Positions 8,966-18,951 of a stretch of 64,000 nucleotides of DNA are shown one piece after another. Under the pieces are notes generated by a model. The model saw only the letters and a list, made by a program, of their open reading frames with translations. It was not told the origin of the DNA and made no database searches. Positions within the stretch are counted from its first letter, which is position 1. Every line of letters starts with the position of its first letter. The translations under genes and the position numbers were made by a program. This DNA is from an uncultured Spirochaetaceae bacterium (GTDB lineage Bacteria > Myxococcota_A > UBA9160 > UBA4427): assembly GCA_964488255.1 (NCBI GenBank), contig CAZAUR010000018.1, positions 6,596 through 70,595 of the forward strand, given 5' to 3'.

Positions 8966-9391
8966 CTATCTCCGACGTGGTGGCTTGAGTCGCTCCATTT
9001 CGGGCGCGACCCGCGTGGCCGCGAACCGCCCGGGGTCGGGCGGCACGCAGATCAAGAATCGCTCGTCGGAACCTCCCCATCCGCGAGAGTAGCTCTCGAC
9101 TCGTTCGGCGGAACGGGATGCAGCGTATCCACATTCCGCCACGACCGTCGTAGCGCCGTTCCTGGGGTTCGTGCACACGACGTGGACAACGATTCCAAGC
9201 TCAGACGCGAGGTTCTGCGCGAGCTCGAGGCACAATCTGTCGGAAGGCACTGTCGCAGAGAGCGCGAATCCCTGGTGAGGGGTGTGGACACCGCTGATCG
9301 CTGCCACCGTCGATCCCTCATCGGCGCTCGCGATCCCGGGCAGGATCAACAATCCGACCGTTAGACCCAATGACGACCAACTTCGGAACAT
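8966..9391 (-). CDS. Secreted hypothetical protein with 4 Cys
   Basis: GGAG RBS and ATG at 9391. Signal peptide MFRSWSSLGLTVGLLILPGIASA|DE. Confidence 0.55.
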   Translation of the reverse strand: MFRSWSSLGLTVGLLILPGIASADEGSTVAAISGVHTPHQGFALSATVPSDRLCLELAQNLASELGIVVHVVCTNPRNGATTVVAECGYAASRSAERVESYSRGWGGSDERFLICVPPDPGRFAATRVAPEMERLKPPRRR

Positions 9392-9407
9392 GCGAACTCC
9401 TCCTGAA

Positions 9408-10853
9408 TCAAGGCTTCCAGAATCGCGGAAGCAGTAGCGCGACGACCGCAAAGAACTCGAGCCGTCCCAACCACATGAGAAATACCATCACGATCTTCTG
9501 CCAGCCCGCGAAAAACGCAAAGTTCTCGGTTGGCCCGACCGCGGACAGCCCAGGTCCGATATTCGAGACGGTGGCGAGAGAAGCCGTCGCGGCCGTCACG
9601 ATGTCCGTGTCGCCGACAGCGAGCAGGAGCGCGCCCCCTCCCCAACCCAACGTCCAGAGTAGGAGCAGCGAAGTGACTGCGCGCGCAGACGACTCCGGCA
9701 CCACCTGATCACCGACGGTCGCGGCGATGATGGCATTGGGACTGAACGTGAGACGGACTTCGCGAAGTGCGACCTTTGCTCCGATCAGGAGTCGGATGAC
9801 TTTCGCGCCGCCCGCGGTCGATCCGGCACAGCCGCCGACGAACATGGTCGAAACGAGGGTTGCATGTGCGAAGCCTGGCCAGCCTGCGAAATCCGCGGTC
9901 GCGAATCCGGTCGTCGTCAGAAGAGAGACCACCTGGAACGCGGCATCGAATAGCGCGTGCGCCGGTTCTGAATCCAGGCCAGCAAAATAGATGTCGGCAC
10001 CCACGACGAGGGTCGAAGCCGCTGCGATCAAGACGTAGACGCGGAGCTCCGTATCGTGGAAGAATGCCGATACGTCATTGCGCGCGAGTGCGTAGTAGAG
10101 CGAAAAGTTCACACCCGCGGCCAACATGAAGATGAGCACGACCGACTGAAGGGGAATCGAGAAATGAGCGATCGAATCGACGTAGGGGGAGAAGCCGCCG
10201 GTCGAGACCGTCGAGAACGTGTGAGTGACAGCGTCGAAAAGGCTCGCGCCAAAGAGGAGCATCAGGATCATCTGGGTTCCGGAGAGCGCCAGATAGATTC
10301 GAAACAGGGCGAGCGCCGTCTCCCGAACGCGCGTATGCAGAATCTCCGCTTTCGGCCCAGGAACTTCGAGCTTGAAGAGGAAGCGCGCCCCAGGGCCCAG
10401 CTCGGACAAGAGCGCCACGAAAAGGACGACGATGCCGATTCCGCCCAGCCACTGCGTCATGCTGCGCCAAACGAGAATTCCACGGGGAAGGGTCTCGATG
10501 TTCAGCAGGATCGACGCGCCTGTGGTCGTGAAACCAGACGCGGACTCGAAGAGCGCGTCGACCAGGTGTTCGATCGCGCCGCTCGCCAGATATGGAACGG
10601 CTCCGACGAGCGAGGCGAGAAGCCACGAGAAGACGACGACGAGTACGCCTTCTCGACGATAGAGCTCGCCCTCGTCGCTGCCGAAGAAACGCAGAATGGC
10701 GCCAAGAATCGCCGCGGTCGCGGACCCTGAGAGCAGGCCGAGAACGCCGCGATCGTCGAAGGGCGCGAGGCACCAGAACACCGGAAAGAGCTGAGCCACT
10801 GCCAACGAGTACAGCACGAGTCCGAGAATTCGGATGACTCTGGAGACGTTCAT
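9408..10853 (-). CDS. trkH: Trk potassium uptake membrane subunit
   Basis: Pore motifs FESASGFTTTGAS, STVSTGGFS, TTTGFAT, SNIGPG; also WRS.TQWLGG.GI, GGCAGSTAGG.K and LMWLGRLE. Confidence 0.96.
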   Translation of the reverse strand: MNVSRVIRILGLVLYSLAVAQLFPVFWCLAPFDDRGVLGLLSGSATAAILGAILRFFGSDEGELYRREGVLVVVFSWLLASLVGAVPYLASGAIEHLVDALFESASGFTTTGASILLNIETLPRGILVWRSMTQWLGGIGIVVLFVALLSELGPGARFLFKLEVPGPKAEILHTRVRETALALFRIYLALSGTQMILMLLFGASLFDAVTHTFSTVSTGGFSPYVDSIAHFSIPLQSVVLIFMLAAGVNFSLYYALARNDVSAFFHDTELRVYVLIAAASTLVVGADIYFAGLDSEPAHALFDAAFQVVSLLTTTGFATADFAGWPGFAHATLVSTMFVGGCAGSTAGGAKVIRLLIGAKVALREVRLTFSPNAIIAATVGDQVVPESSARAVTSLLLLWTLGWGGGALLLAVGDTDIVTAATASLATVSNIGPGLSAVGPTENFAFFAGWQKIVMVFLMWLGRLEFFAVVALLLPRFWKP

Positions 10854-10860
10854 CCGGTGG

Positions 10861-12219
10861 CTACTCCGCCTCGGGTCCCGGGAAGAGGAGCTGCGCCATT
10901 GCGAGCTCGTTCTCGCGAACGAAGAGGATCACCGCGTCTCCGGGATGAAGCTCGTCACGGCCGGTCGGGATGATCGCCTTCCCGTCGCGCAGGATTGCGG
11001 CCACGATGATGCCTCTCGGCGTTTCCAGGCTGTCCAATCGTGCCCCGGCCGCGGGGCTCTGCGCGAACACCTCCTTGTGCACGAATTTCGCAGCGCCGTT
11101 CTCAAAGGACACGATGTGAGGCTCGTAGCCGTTCTCGATGTAGATCTGGATCCGCTCGGCTGCGATCGCGCGCGGGGAAACGACATCGACGACTGCGACC
11201 TTCTTCCAGAGCGTCGATGTTTCACTCTTTTGCACGAGTGCGGTCAGGTGTTCGACGCCGAGCTCCTGAGCCAGAAGGCAGGCCATGAGATTGGTCTCGT
11301 CGTTTCCTGTAAGTGCGATGAAGGCTTCTGCCTTCCCGAGCCCCTCCGAAGCGAGGATCGCGGCGTCCGTGGCGTCGGCGTGGAGTACGTCGATGCGTGG
11401 GAAGCGAGCGGCGAGTTGCTCGGCGCGCTGGCGCTCACGCTCGATCACCTTGATTCGACCGACTTGGCCGTCGAGGTGTTCGATGACTGCTTCGGCCGTC
11501 GATCCGCCGCCGGCGATCGCGACGAGATTTCGCCGCTCCGAGTGTTGACTGACGGAGCGCTCGAACTCGCCGATCGCCTCGGGCGTTCCGATCACCAGTG
11601 CGTCATCGCCGATGTTTGCTCTGTCTCTGCCCGTCGGTACCACGACGCTTCCGTCGGAGACGAAGGCAAGGACCAGGCATCCAGGTGGGAGACGAGTCTC
11701 CGAGAGAGGGGCTCGCTCGAGAGCTGAACCGGCCTCGATCGCGGTGCGACGTACCTGTAGCGCGCCGCCGGCGAGGTACTCGATTTCGAGCGTGTTGTAA
11801 CCGAGGACGTGATTCAGGATCCGCGTCGTCGTGAGGAGCTGCGTCGAAAGAAGGAGGTCGGCTCGAAAAGCGCGTTCGTATGTTCTGCCGAATTGCGTGA
11901 CGTCCGCGAACGTCTTCACGCGCACTACGGTTCGTGGTGCGCCGACAGTCTTGGCGAGCAACGAAGCTGCCAGGTTGGCGTCGTCCGAGGAGCTTGCAGC
12001 GATGAAGAGGTCACAATTCGCGACGCCCGCAGCCTCTAGCGTCGGGACGTGACTACCGCTTCCGAGCACGAAGCCCACGTCGAGCTGATCCTCGATCGCG
12101 GCCTGTTTGTGATGGTCATGATCCACGACCGTCACCGCGTGGCCTTCTGACGAAAGGCCACGCGCAAGAAATCGGCCGACCTCGCCGGCGCCCATGATTA
12201 CGAACTTGCGAGGATCCAT
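10861..12219 (-). CDS. trkA: Trk potassium uptake RCK subunit
   Basis: N-terminal GAGEVG Rossmann motif, two RCK_N/RCK_C pairs, adjacent to trkH. Start placed at ATG 12219. Confidence 0.93.
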   Translation of the reverse strand: MDPRKFVIMGAGEVGRFLARGLSSEGHAVTVVDHDHHKQAAIEDQLDVGFVLGSGSHVPTLEAAGVANCDLFIAASSSDDANLAASLLAKTVGAPRTVVRVKTFADVTQFGRTYERAFRADLLLSTQLLTTTRILNHVLGYNTLEIEYLAGGALQVRRTAIEAGSALERAPLSETRLPPGCLVLAFVSDGSVVVPTGRDRANIGDDALVIGTPEAIGEFERSVSQHSERRNLVAIAGGGSTAEAVIEHLDGQVGRIKVIERERQRAEQLAARFPRIDVLHADATDAAILASEGLGKAEAFIALTGNDETNLMACLLAQELGVEHLTALVQKSETSTLWKKVAVVDVVSPRAIAAERIQIYIENGYEPHIVSFENGAAKFVHKEVFAQSPAAGARLDSLETPRGIIVAAILRDGKAIIPTGRDELHPGDAVILFVRENELAMAQLLFPGPEAE

Positions 12220-12474
12220 GGGTATGCCGCTCGTCCGGGTGCAGATGGGGATGTCGTTTCCGTGATCGGAACGCTTCGAAGACACGTTTCGGAGCCTACA
12301 TCCACCGAATCGTGCCACCAGTTCTTACCGGCCTTCACGGGTTCGAGTCGAGAGGCAGGATACGGCGTTCAGAGTAGTGCAGCAGTATTTCGGTGGGGCC
12401 TGGTGGTCGATGATCAGTCGATGATCAGACCACGTCGCTCTAGACCGGGGTTGCCCAACCCAGCTCGAGCCTTG

Positions 12475-12806
12475 CTAGCGCCTGGCGGCCTTGGTCAAAG
12501 TGTGGTCGGACGCCATCTCCTCCTTGCGAGGTATTCTAACGAGCGCCTCCCAAGAATCGGGTACGTATCGGCTTGCCCTCATGGTGAGACTGATCGACGT
12601 GAGGTCCCAACTCGGGCTCGTGACGAGAAGCTGGCATTCGACTCACACATCGCCTGAGTCGAACGCGGAGGTCCAGTCGAACTCCGGCGCTGGTGTTTCG
12701 AGGATCGCTCCAGGCGATGGCGAGCCGACAACTGGGATGCTCGCCAGTTCACTTCCGCAGGCCGAGGAGGTCAGCAATGCGACAGAGCCAGCATGAGGAT
12801 CGGCAT
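12475..12806 (-). pseudogene. Possible small lipoprotein remnant
   Basis: Restoring one G near 12783 gives MPILMLALVALLTSSAC|GSE (lipobox). An in-frame TGA lies at 12643-12645 and the frame then continues to TAG at 12475. Confidence 0.3.
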
Positions 12807-13177
12807 TGTCGATGCAAAGCGGTTCGCAATCGACTGCTGACGTGCTGATCTCGAGTGATTGGAGATCCGATTCGGGCTGTGCGGTGGAGCCTGTCTTGTC
12901 CCTTCGCCGTCGATTGCGTTGATTGAACGAAAGTTGGGGCCACGTCCGAGAATCCTGCGCGATGAGCACCTTTTGCGAGTTTCGTCTCCTGGCCCCCCTG
13001 GGCGAGCCTGCGGCCCGCTGCGTTCCGCTTGCAGACCGCACTCTCAGAGGCCACCTCGCATGGCTGATCTTGCATTCACCCCGAACGCGACCCCGTCATC
13101 CTGTCGCGACTCGTCGAACCTTCGGATTCTTCTGCCCGAAGCTCGCCTACTGCTGTTGGTACGCGTGTGCTTGCGAG

Positions 13178-14806
13178 CTACGCGTGAGATGTCTCGTTCA
13201 AGCCGGCTGTCGTACCCCGACGTCGTGTGGCGTGTGGGTGCGCGGACGACGCGACCATCGAGTCCATCCCCAGGATCTCGAGGTCCGCGTCGCCGAGCTC
13301 GTCGGACATGGCGTCGAGACGGCTGAGAAACGTGTGGTCCGTCAGATGGGCCTTCTCGAGGTCGACGACGACTCGTCGCACCCCCGGATCGACTTCGCGG
13401 AGAATCTTTCGAACCGCGAGGAGGCTAGTGAAGGCTGCCACGCCCTCGATCCCGATTCGGACCTCCTCGGGGCTCGTGTTCTCCGTGACGACCTTGGAAG
13501 TGACGAGTCGCATCGGCGAGATGCCCCGACTCCAGTGGAGCATGACCTTGAGGAGCAAGCCGACTCCTACCCCGATCAGGAGGTCCGTTGCGAGTGTGAC
13601 CACGAACGTCGTCAGAAAGAGCCCGAGCTGGTCGTTACCGATGCTACGCGCGTGCATGAACTCACTGGGTGATGCGAGGCGCGCGCCGGTGTAGACGAGC
13701 ATTGCTGCAAGGGCGGCCAGGGGAATCATCTGGAGGAGACCCGGCAATAGCACCACGAATGCCAGCAGGAAGACACCGTGGGAGAAATTCGACCATCGGG
13801 ATTGCGCGCCGGCGTCCACGTTCGCCTTGCTTCGGACGATTTCGGAGATCATCGGAAGACCGCCGATCATCGCGCAGATGAGGTTACCGACCCCTACGCC
13901 GAGCAGATCGCGGTTCAGGTCGGACGGGTTCTTCTTCGGGTCCATCGAGTCGACCGCCAATACGCTCAGTATCGATTCGATCATGCCTACGAGGGCGAAC
14001 ATGATCACGTACTTGATCGACGTCATGGTCATGATCACGGAGAAGTCAGGGAAATTGATGGCATCTACCAGGGAGCCCGGTAGAGACACGAGGTACTCGG
14101 GACCGACGGCGAAGTTGCTGCCCATGAACGCGTACTCGTGCGGGTGCGCGAAGTCGAACATCAGGTCGAGCGGGATGGCGACCAGAAGGACGATGAGGGG
14201 GGCCGGGATCGCGCGCGCCCACTGCGCCCGCATGAGCGGCCAGGCGAAGAGGATCGCGAGCGACAGGGCCCCGATGAGAAGAATCTCGGGATTGGCATTC
14301 AGAACGCTGTGCGGGATTTCCCCGAGCAGTTCGAGCGGTTCGCCGCCCTCGGGCGCCACGCCGACCATGGTGTGGACCTGCTTCGAGATGATGATCACGC
14401 CGATCGCGGCGAGCATGCCGTGGACGACCGATGGTGACATCGCGATGCCGACGGTCGCCGTGCGGAAGAGCGCGAAGGCGATCTGAATCACCGCGGCCGC
14501 GGCGCCGACGGCGAGCGCACGTTTGTACCCGAGCACAGGATCGCCTTGTCCCAGCTCCTGGACCGCGCCGAGCGCGATGACGATCAGACCGGCGGCCGGT
14601 CCCTTGATCGTGAGCTCGGCGCTTCCCATGAAAGAAACGAGAGCTCCGCCCACGATTGCGGTCAGGACACCCGCGATCGGCGGGAATCCGCTGGCCATCG
14701 CGATGCCGAGGCACAAAGGGAGCGCGATCAGAAAGACGAGAAATCCCGACCGAACGTCCTGAATGGTCGGCGTCGGGAATCCCCCTGCGCGTCCGTTGGC
14801 TTGCAC
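13178..14806 (-). CDS. SulP/SLC26 anion (probably bicarbonate or sulfate) transporter with C-terminal STAS-like domain
   Basis: SGFLVFLIALPLCLGIAMASG.PP.AG...AIVGG, IKGPAAGLIV, GLPMISEIVRS.AN..AG, VVVDL...HL.DHT. Confidence 0.92.
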   Translation of the reverse strand: MQANGRAGGFPTPTIQDVRSGFLVFLIALPLCLGIAMASGFPPIAGVLTAIVGGALVSFMGSAELTIKGPAAGLIVIALGAVQELGQGDPVLGYKRALAVGAAAAVIQIAFALFRTATVGIAMSPSVVHGMLAAIGVIIISKQVHTMVGVAPEGGEPLELLGEIPHSVLNANPEILLIGALSLAILFAWPLMRAQWARAIPAPLIVLLVAIPLDLMFDFAHPHEYAFMGSNFAVGPEYLVSLPGSLVDAINFPDFSVIMTMTSIKYVIMFALVGMIESILSVLAVDSMDPKKNPSDLNRDLLGVGVGNLICAMIGGLPMISEIVRSKANVDAGAQSRWSNFSHGVFLLAFVVLLPGLLQMIPLAALAAMLVYTGARLASPSEFMHARSIGNDQLGLFLTTFVVTLATDLLIGVGVGLLLKVMLHWSRGISPMRLVTSKVVTENTSPEEVRIGIEGVAAFTSLLAVRKILREVDPGVRRVVVDLEKAHLTDHTFLSRLDAMSDELGDADLEILGMDSMVASSAHPHATRRRGTTAGLNETSHA

Positions 14807-14969
14807 TCGAGAATCCTCCGAAAATGGCCCGTGCCGTGCACCGAGCGGCTGGTAGAGCGAACGGCGGGACTATCGACCGATCAGATGGGGCTGCGGTGTA
14901 CCCAACATGAACTCGGTGAAAGATTCGTGGAGGGCACGGATTCCCGTGCGTGACCGAAGATTCCAGGAG

Positions 14970-16115
14970 TCAGAAGAAGATCTGCGTCTGCACGAGCGCT
15001 GCGTGTCGGTCCCTCCGATCGATTCCTTGCGGACCCGCCGTATCGAATCGGTAGGCGAGGGTGAGCTTGAGGTGGTGGCCGAACGACGTGGATCCCGAAC
15101 GAGCGTACGCCGTAAGAAAGGCTTCGTAGCTCTGCTGGTCAGGTCCGTCCGAGAGCCAGCCTGCGCGTCCGCCGACTTCCAGCGTTCGCGGGACGACGAA
15201 GATGCCCGCCTGGCCGTAGGCTCCAAACGCGTTCGCCACTCGCGGCGAGCCGTGCGCTGACCGCCAGAAACCCTCGGCCCGTAGACTCGTGGGACCCCAC
15301 ATCACCGCGACGTCTGCGGCCAAGTTGCCCAACTGCTCGTGTGACGTCGTTCCGGCGGCGGTCTTGACCGCCCTCCAGGAAAACGCGCCTCCCAGCCCGA
15401 TGGTTGCCCCGAGGGGGTTCTGGCGTGAAAGTGACGGCGCCTGGTCGTAGGGGACGACCTCGCCGAACCTGAATTCGGTCCGAGCGATCGCGGACGGGGA
15501 ATCGCGATTTCCGTTGCGATCGTTGACGGTCGCCCCGTTCACGATCGCGAGGTCATAGTGGAACCGTTTGCTGCGGAGATCGCCGGACAGCATCAGGCCG
15601 GTATCCCGGCCAAGACCGAATCGGTCGATGACCAGACCGCGGGAGGGCAGCTCGAGGTTGGTCAGTGGCGTGATGAACGCGCGGGAATAGGGTGTTCGGA
15701 ACTGTCCGATCCGAAGGCGAGCCGCCTCGGTGAAGCGCCACTCTGCAAAGAGATCGAGAAGGCGGGTGCTGCTCCCGGCGAACTCAACCTGTCCGAAGAA
15801 CCCGAGCCGATGATCGAGCAAGTGGCCGTTCGTGAAGAGTCGGCCGACCGGAATCGAGAAGTCGACGTCGGTCTCGTCGCTCACACGCGTGAGGGACTGT
15901 GCGCGAGCCCATGCATAACCGTGCAGGTCGATTTGCGCGCCTTCGCTCTCGACGACCAGGCCCGTCGTGGGCCCGAATCGTACGACGGCAGCCTCGCGGT
16001 TTGGCTGCGTGTCCGACGCGTGCGCGCCCAGCGCATTCAACGCGAGTACCAGTGCGCAGATCGGGCGCTGGCCCATCTTCCATCGCGTTCCGAACGTCGC
16101 GCGCACATGCCTCAT
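14970..16115 (-). CDS. OprO/OprP-like anion-selective porin
   Basis: Signal peptide, RLRIGQFRTPYS, GRDTG, beta-strand periodicity, C-terminal Phe (VQTQIFF). Start placed at ATG 16115 by RBS spacing. Confidence 0.8.
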   Translation of the reverse strand: MRHVRATFGTRWKMGQRPICALVLALNALGAHASDTQPNREAAVVRFGPTTGLVVESEGAQIDLHGYAWARAQSLTRVSDETDVDFSIPVGRLFTNGHLLDHRLGFFGQVEFAGSSTRLLDLFAEWRFTEAARLRIGQFRTPYSRAFITPLTNLELPSRGLVIDRFGLGRDTGLMLSGDLRSKRFHYDLAIVNGATVNDRNGNRDSPSAIARTEFRFGEVVPYDQAPSLSRQNPLGATIGLGGAFSWRAVKTAAGTTSHEQLGNLAADVAVMWGPTSLRAEGFWRSAHGSPRVANAFGAYGQAGIFVVPRTLEVGGRAGWLSDGPDQQSYEAFLTAYARSGSTSFGHHLKLTLAYRFDTAGPQGIDRRDRHAALVQTQIFF

Positions 16116-16809
16116 CTCCATTCTCCTCCAGCCGGTAGGCAAGTCCGCACGCGATCGTGCGATCGAGCGCGAGCGCAGAGTGTCCACGCTTCGAGCGCTG
16201 CTGCACCGCGCTAGCGCTCCGATGCTCGGCGGCACCCGTGAAGAGAGCGTTTCTACGAGATGAATCTTGGTTCACGTCCTGGTGCGTGGTCCTCTGCGGC
16301 CCTCCGATCGCGGGGTCCGCTGCCTGCTTGGAGCGCGAGCCCGGGGCGTCAGGATTCGACCGCTAGCCCGATCTGATCGGAGTGGTCAGTAGTCAGTAGT
16401 CAGTCGGGCGGAGATGAATCGCATTGGATCCCTGACGCCTCCATTGGTGTATGCAATTGGTGTATGCATCCCACGTCGATTGGCGATTGACAAGGGTCGA
16501 CCCACGCGTCGTGAGGACGTCCGCGGACGAATCCGCATCGGCCGATGGGCGATCGCTGAACGCGAGATGAACTCGGTGTCAGAATCGACCGAATCGTAGG
16601 ACTCGTGGATCGATTGGATCGATCTGCCGAGATGAACCGCGAATCTGGTCGACTCGAGAGTGTCGATTCGAGACGCCGCACAGAGCGCTTTCCGCGCATG
16701 GAGTTCGCATTGTCGATGGCGCGAGTCCACGAATGAGGCAATCGGCGCCCAAAGTTTCGGCACCATGCGCGACTCGCGACGCGAGTCGCGACGAGAGTTG
16801 GCTCGCGGT

Positions 16810-16825
16810 TGGCACGGGATCTGCT
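16810..16825 (+). promoter_or_regulatory. Sigma-54 (-24/-12) promoter candidate
   Basis: TGGCACGGGATCTGCT matches TGGCAC-N5-TTGCW with exact GG-N10-GC spacing, 31 bp before ATG 16857. Confidence 0.55.
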
Positions 16826-16856
16826 GTAGAGGGGGACAACATGGAGGAGATCGACG

Positions 16857-17171
16857 ATGCCCCGCCTCACTCGCCGGCTCGCAGTTGCCGCCTTTTGTGC
16901 GTTGGTGATCACGTCTGGAAGCGGCGTTGCACGAAGCTATTCGGGCAATCGCGCGGACGTCGTCGCGGCTTCGCAACCGGATCTGACGAGGCTCGACTTC
17001 CTGAGTCGAATCCTCGACCCGACGACCGCCTGTTCAAATCGCATTGAGATTGAATTGGCTCGACGGGCGATTCAGCGGGGTGATCGGGAGACGGCCCTCG
17101 TTCATCTGAGATCGGCACGCCGGCTGTTTTCTACGTGTCGATCGGGCGGCGGAAGACAGGGAGCGAACTAG
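16857..17171 (+). CDS. Small secreted helical protein with 2 mature-region Cys
   Basis: Strong GGAGGAG RBS, signal peptide, and C..RIEIELARRAIQRGDRETALVHLRSARRLF..C. Confidence 0.7.
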   Translation: MPRLTRRLAVAAFCALVITSGSGVARSYSGNRADVVAASQPDLTRLDFLSRILDPTTACSNRIEIELARRAIQRGDRETALVHLRSARRLFSTCRSGGGRQGAN

Positions 17172-17205
17172 ATCCTCCGCAGCCGCCAGCACTCATTCGA
17201 ATCTT

Positions 17206-17254
17206 GCAGAGGCTGCCTTCCCCTGGGAGGGATGGGTAGAAAGGCAGCCTCTGC
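17206..17254. terminator. Bidirectional terminator-like hairpin
   Basis: Perfect 14-bp inverted repeat GCAGAGGCTGCCTT / AAGGCAGCCTCTGC between convergent genes. Confidence 0.7.
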
Positions 17255-17304
17255 GTTCCGCCCAAGCATCAGTCGGCGCGGTCGGATGGCAGTTCGGATT
17301 CAGG

Positions 17305-17982
17305 CTAGCGACTCGAATCGTTCTTGATGCGAGCGATCGTCGCTTCGAGATCACCGATCTCGTCCCGAACCCTGCCGCGCTCCACGACGCCCATCTTGTG
17401 ACCGGTCAGGTGACGGCGCAGCGAAGCAAGTCGAACCTGATGCTCGTGCAGGCTCTGTGACGGCGAGCGCCGCGCGCCTGCGAATCGACTGCCCAGCGCG
17501 GCGTTGAGGGTTGCGACCTCGACGGTTTCTCCAGATTCGAGTGCGGCGATGACCCCGTCCAAGCGATCGAGCTCCTCTCGCATCGTCTCTCGAGCGTGCA
17601 TGCCCATCTTCGGACCAACGACGAGACGTCTCTCGATCGAAGTACGCCGAGCCGATACGCGCTCCAGCAGCGACGGCTGATCCGCGCCAACGTGTCGATC
17701 GCCCATCAGGGTGGCCAGTCGGTCCGCGTCGATAGATCCCCCGCGCTCGAGGAGGATGATCTCGCGCTCCACCGCGCGCAACTGCTCGTGGAGCTTCGCC
17801 CGGGTAGATGTCCCGCCTTTGATAGGCGTGTGGTGGATCCGTTCGGAGAGGTCGGTTGCTCGCGCTTCGAGCCGCGAAATGGCTCCTTCCTCGTCCGATG
17901 CCGCCGAGAGTGTCGGAGTGGCGACAACGAAGGCGACCGTGACGGCGATTCCTGCTGCGAGGCCTCGGTTGATCCTGGGCAT
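17305..17982 (-). CDS. Secreted helical protein with three internal repeats of about 70 aa
   Basis: Signal peptide, then repeat cores PIKGG..TR, GPKMG..AR and GHKMG..ER. Confidence 0.75.
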   Translation of the reverse strand: MPRINRGLAAGIAVTVAFVVATPTLSAASDEEGAISRLEARATDLSERIHHTPIKGGTSTRAKLHEQLRAVEREIILLERGGSIDADRLATLMGDRHVGADQPSLLERVSARRTSIERRLVVGPKMGMHARETMREELDRLDGVIAALESGETVEVATLNAALGSRFAGARRSPSQSLHEHQVRLASLRRHLTGHKMGVVERGRVRDEIGDLEATIARIKNDSSR

Positions 17983-18219
17983 TTCGTACTTCCTTGTCCT
18001 ATCTGGCTCGTCAATTCATGAACGGTCCCATGTTCGGTCAGTCGAGTGAGACGCAGCTGAACCCAACGTGAAGATCCTGTAAGAAATCGCCGACGTGTCT
18101 GTATCTCCCTCATGCACGCACGAGCACACGCCGAAACGCCTTATGTCGTCTCCGAACCCCGTGGCTTCAGTTCACCCTCAATAATCGCGGCCCCGATCCC
18201 ACAGCCATCTGGAGGCATC

Positions 18220-18915
18220 ATGTTTCGCAACCCGGCACCTCGATCCCGGCGCTCTCGAGCACTTCTTCGCGGCATTGATTCGCCGAGCAGGGGGCTCACT
18301 GTGCTTCTCACGCTCCTCGCGCAAATTCTGGGGGCGTCACCGGGCGCCGCAGGGGACGCTCGAGACCCACTTCTCGAGAAGGCCGACTGGCAGCGCCGCT
18401 ATTACGCCTTGCGCGTGCACGAGGCTCGACTCGTCAAGACCATCGAGCTCGCGACCAAGGAATATGCCGATGCGAATCGGCGTAACTACCGTCGGAGCGG
18501 TGTGCGACATTTTCACCGCACCAATGCGAATGAGGCCAAGGTGGAGCTCGCGAACCACCGCGAGCGAATCGACCTGTTTCGCGAGCAGCTTCGCGCCTCA
18601 GGCGGATCGATCCACTGGCTGGACGAAATCGACGAAATGCCCGTCGACGCCCCCCGCCTGGAAGGGCTTGGCGAATATCGTCGCGGAGGGCGGTTCGGGG
18701 GGGAGGGGGCATATTCAGTCGAGCCTCGGCCTGACGCTCTCGGATCCGACCCGGACGACGGTCGGAATCCGCGCTTCCTGCGAAACGAAGATGGCTCCGA
18801 TTTTCGTCTGGAGCGATCCGAATCCCGGTATGACTTCGACGAATGGCGCGCGGACCGCGAGCAGTACGAGGGCGAACGTGCCCCCGAACGGCAGTTGAGG
18901 CGGAACGACTACTAA
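18220..18915 (+). CDS. Secreted coiled-coil hypothetical protein
   Basis: GGAGG RBS and ATG at 18220, signal-like hydrophobic stretch, DWQRRY...helical region...GGSIHWL, and an acidic Arg-rich tail. Confidence 0.7.
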   Translation: MFRNPAPRSRRSRALLRGIDSPSRGLTVLLTLLAQILGASPGAAGDARDPLLEKADWQRRYYALRVHEARLVKTIELATKEYADANRRNYRRSGVRHFHRTNANEAKVELANHRERIDLFREQLRASGGSIHWLDEIDEMPVDAPRLEGLGEYRRGGRFGGEGAYSVEPRPDALGSDPDDGRNPRFLRNEDGSDFRLERSESRYDFDEWRADREQYEGERAPERQLRRNDY

Positions 18916-18951
18916 CCCGGCTGTCGAGTCCCACGGCTTCGGGACGGCTAC

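Noticed and set aside
12220-12475. c-di-AMP riboswitch or sigma-54 promoter upstream of trkA
   Set aside because: No recognisable ydaO consensus, and the TGGCAC there lacks the -12 GC at the required spacing.
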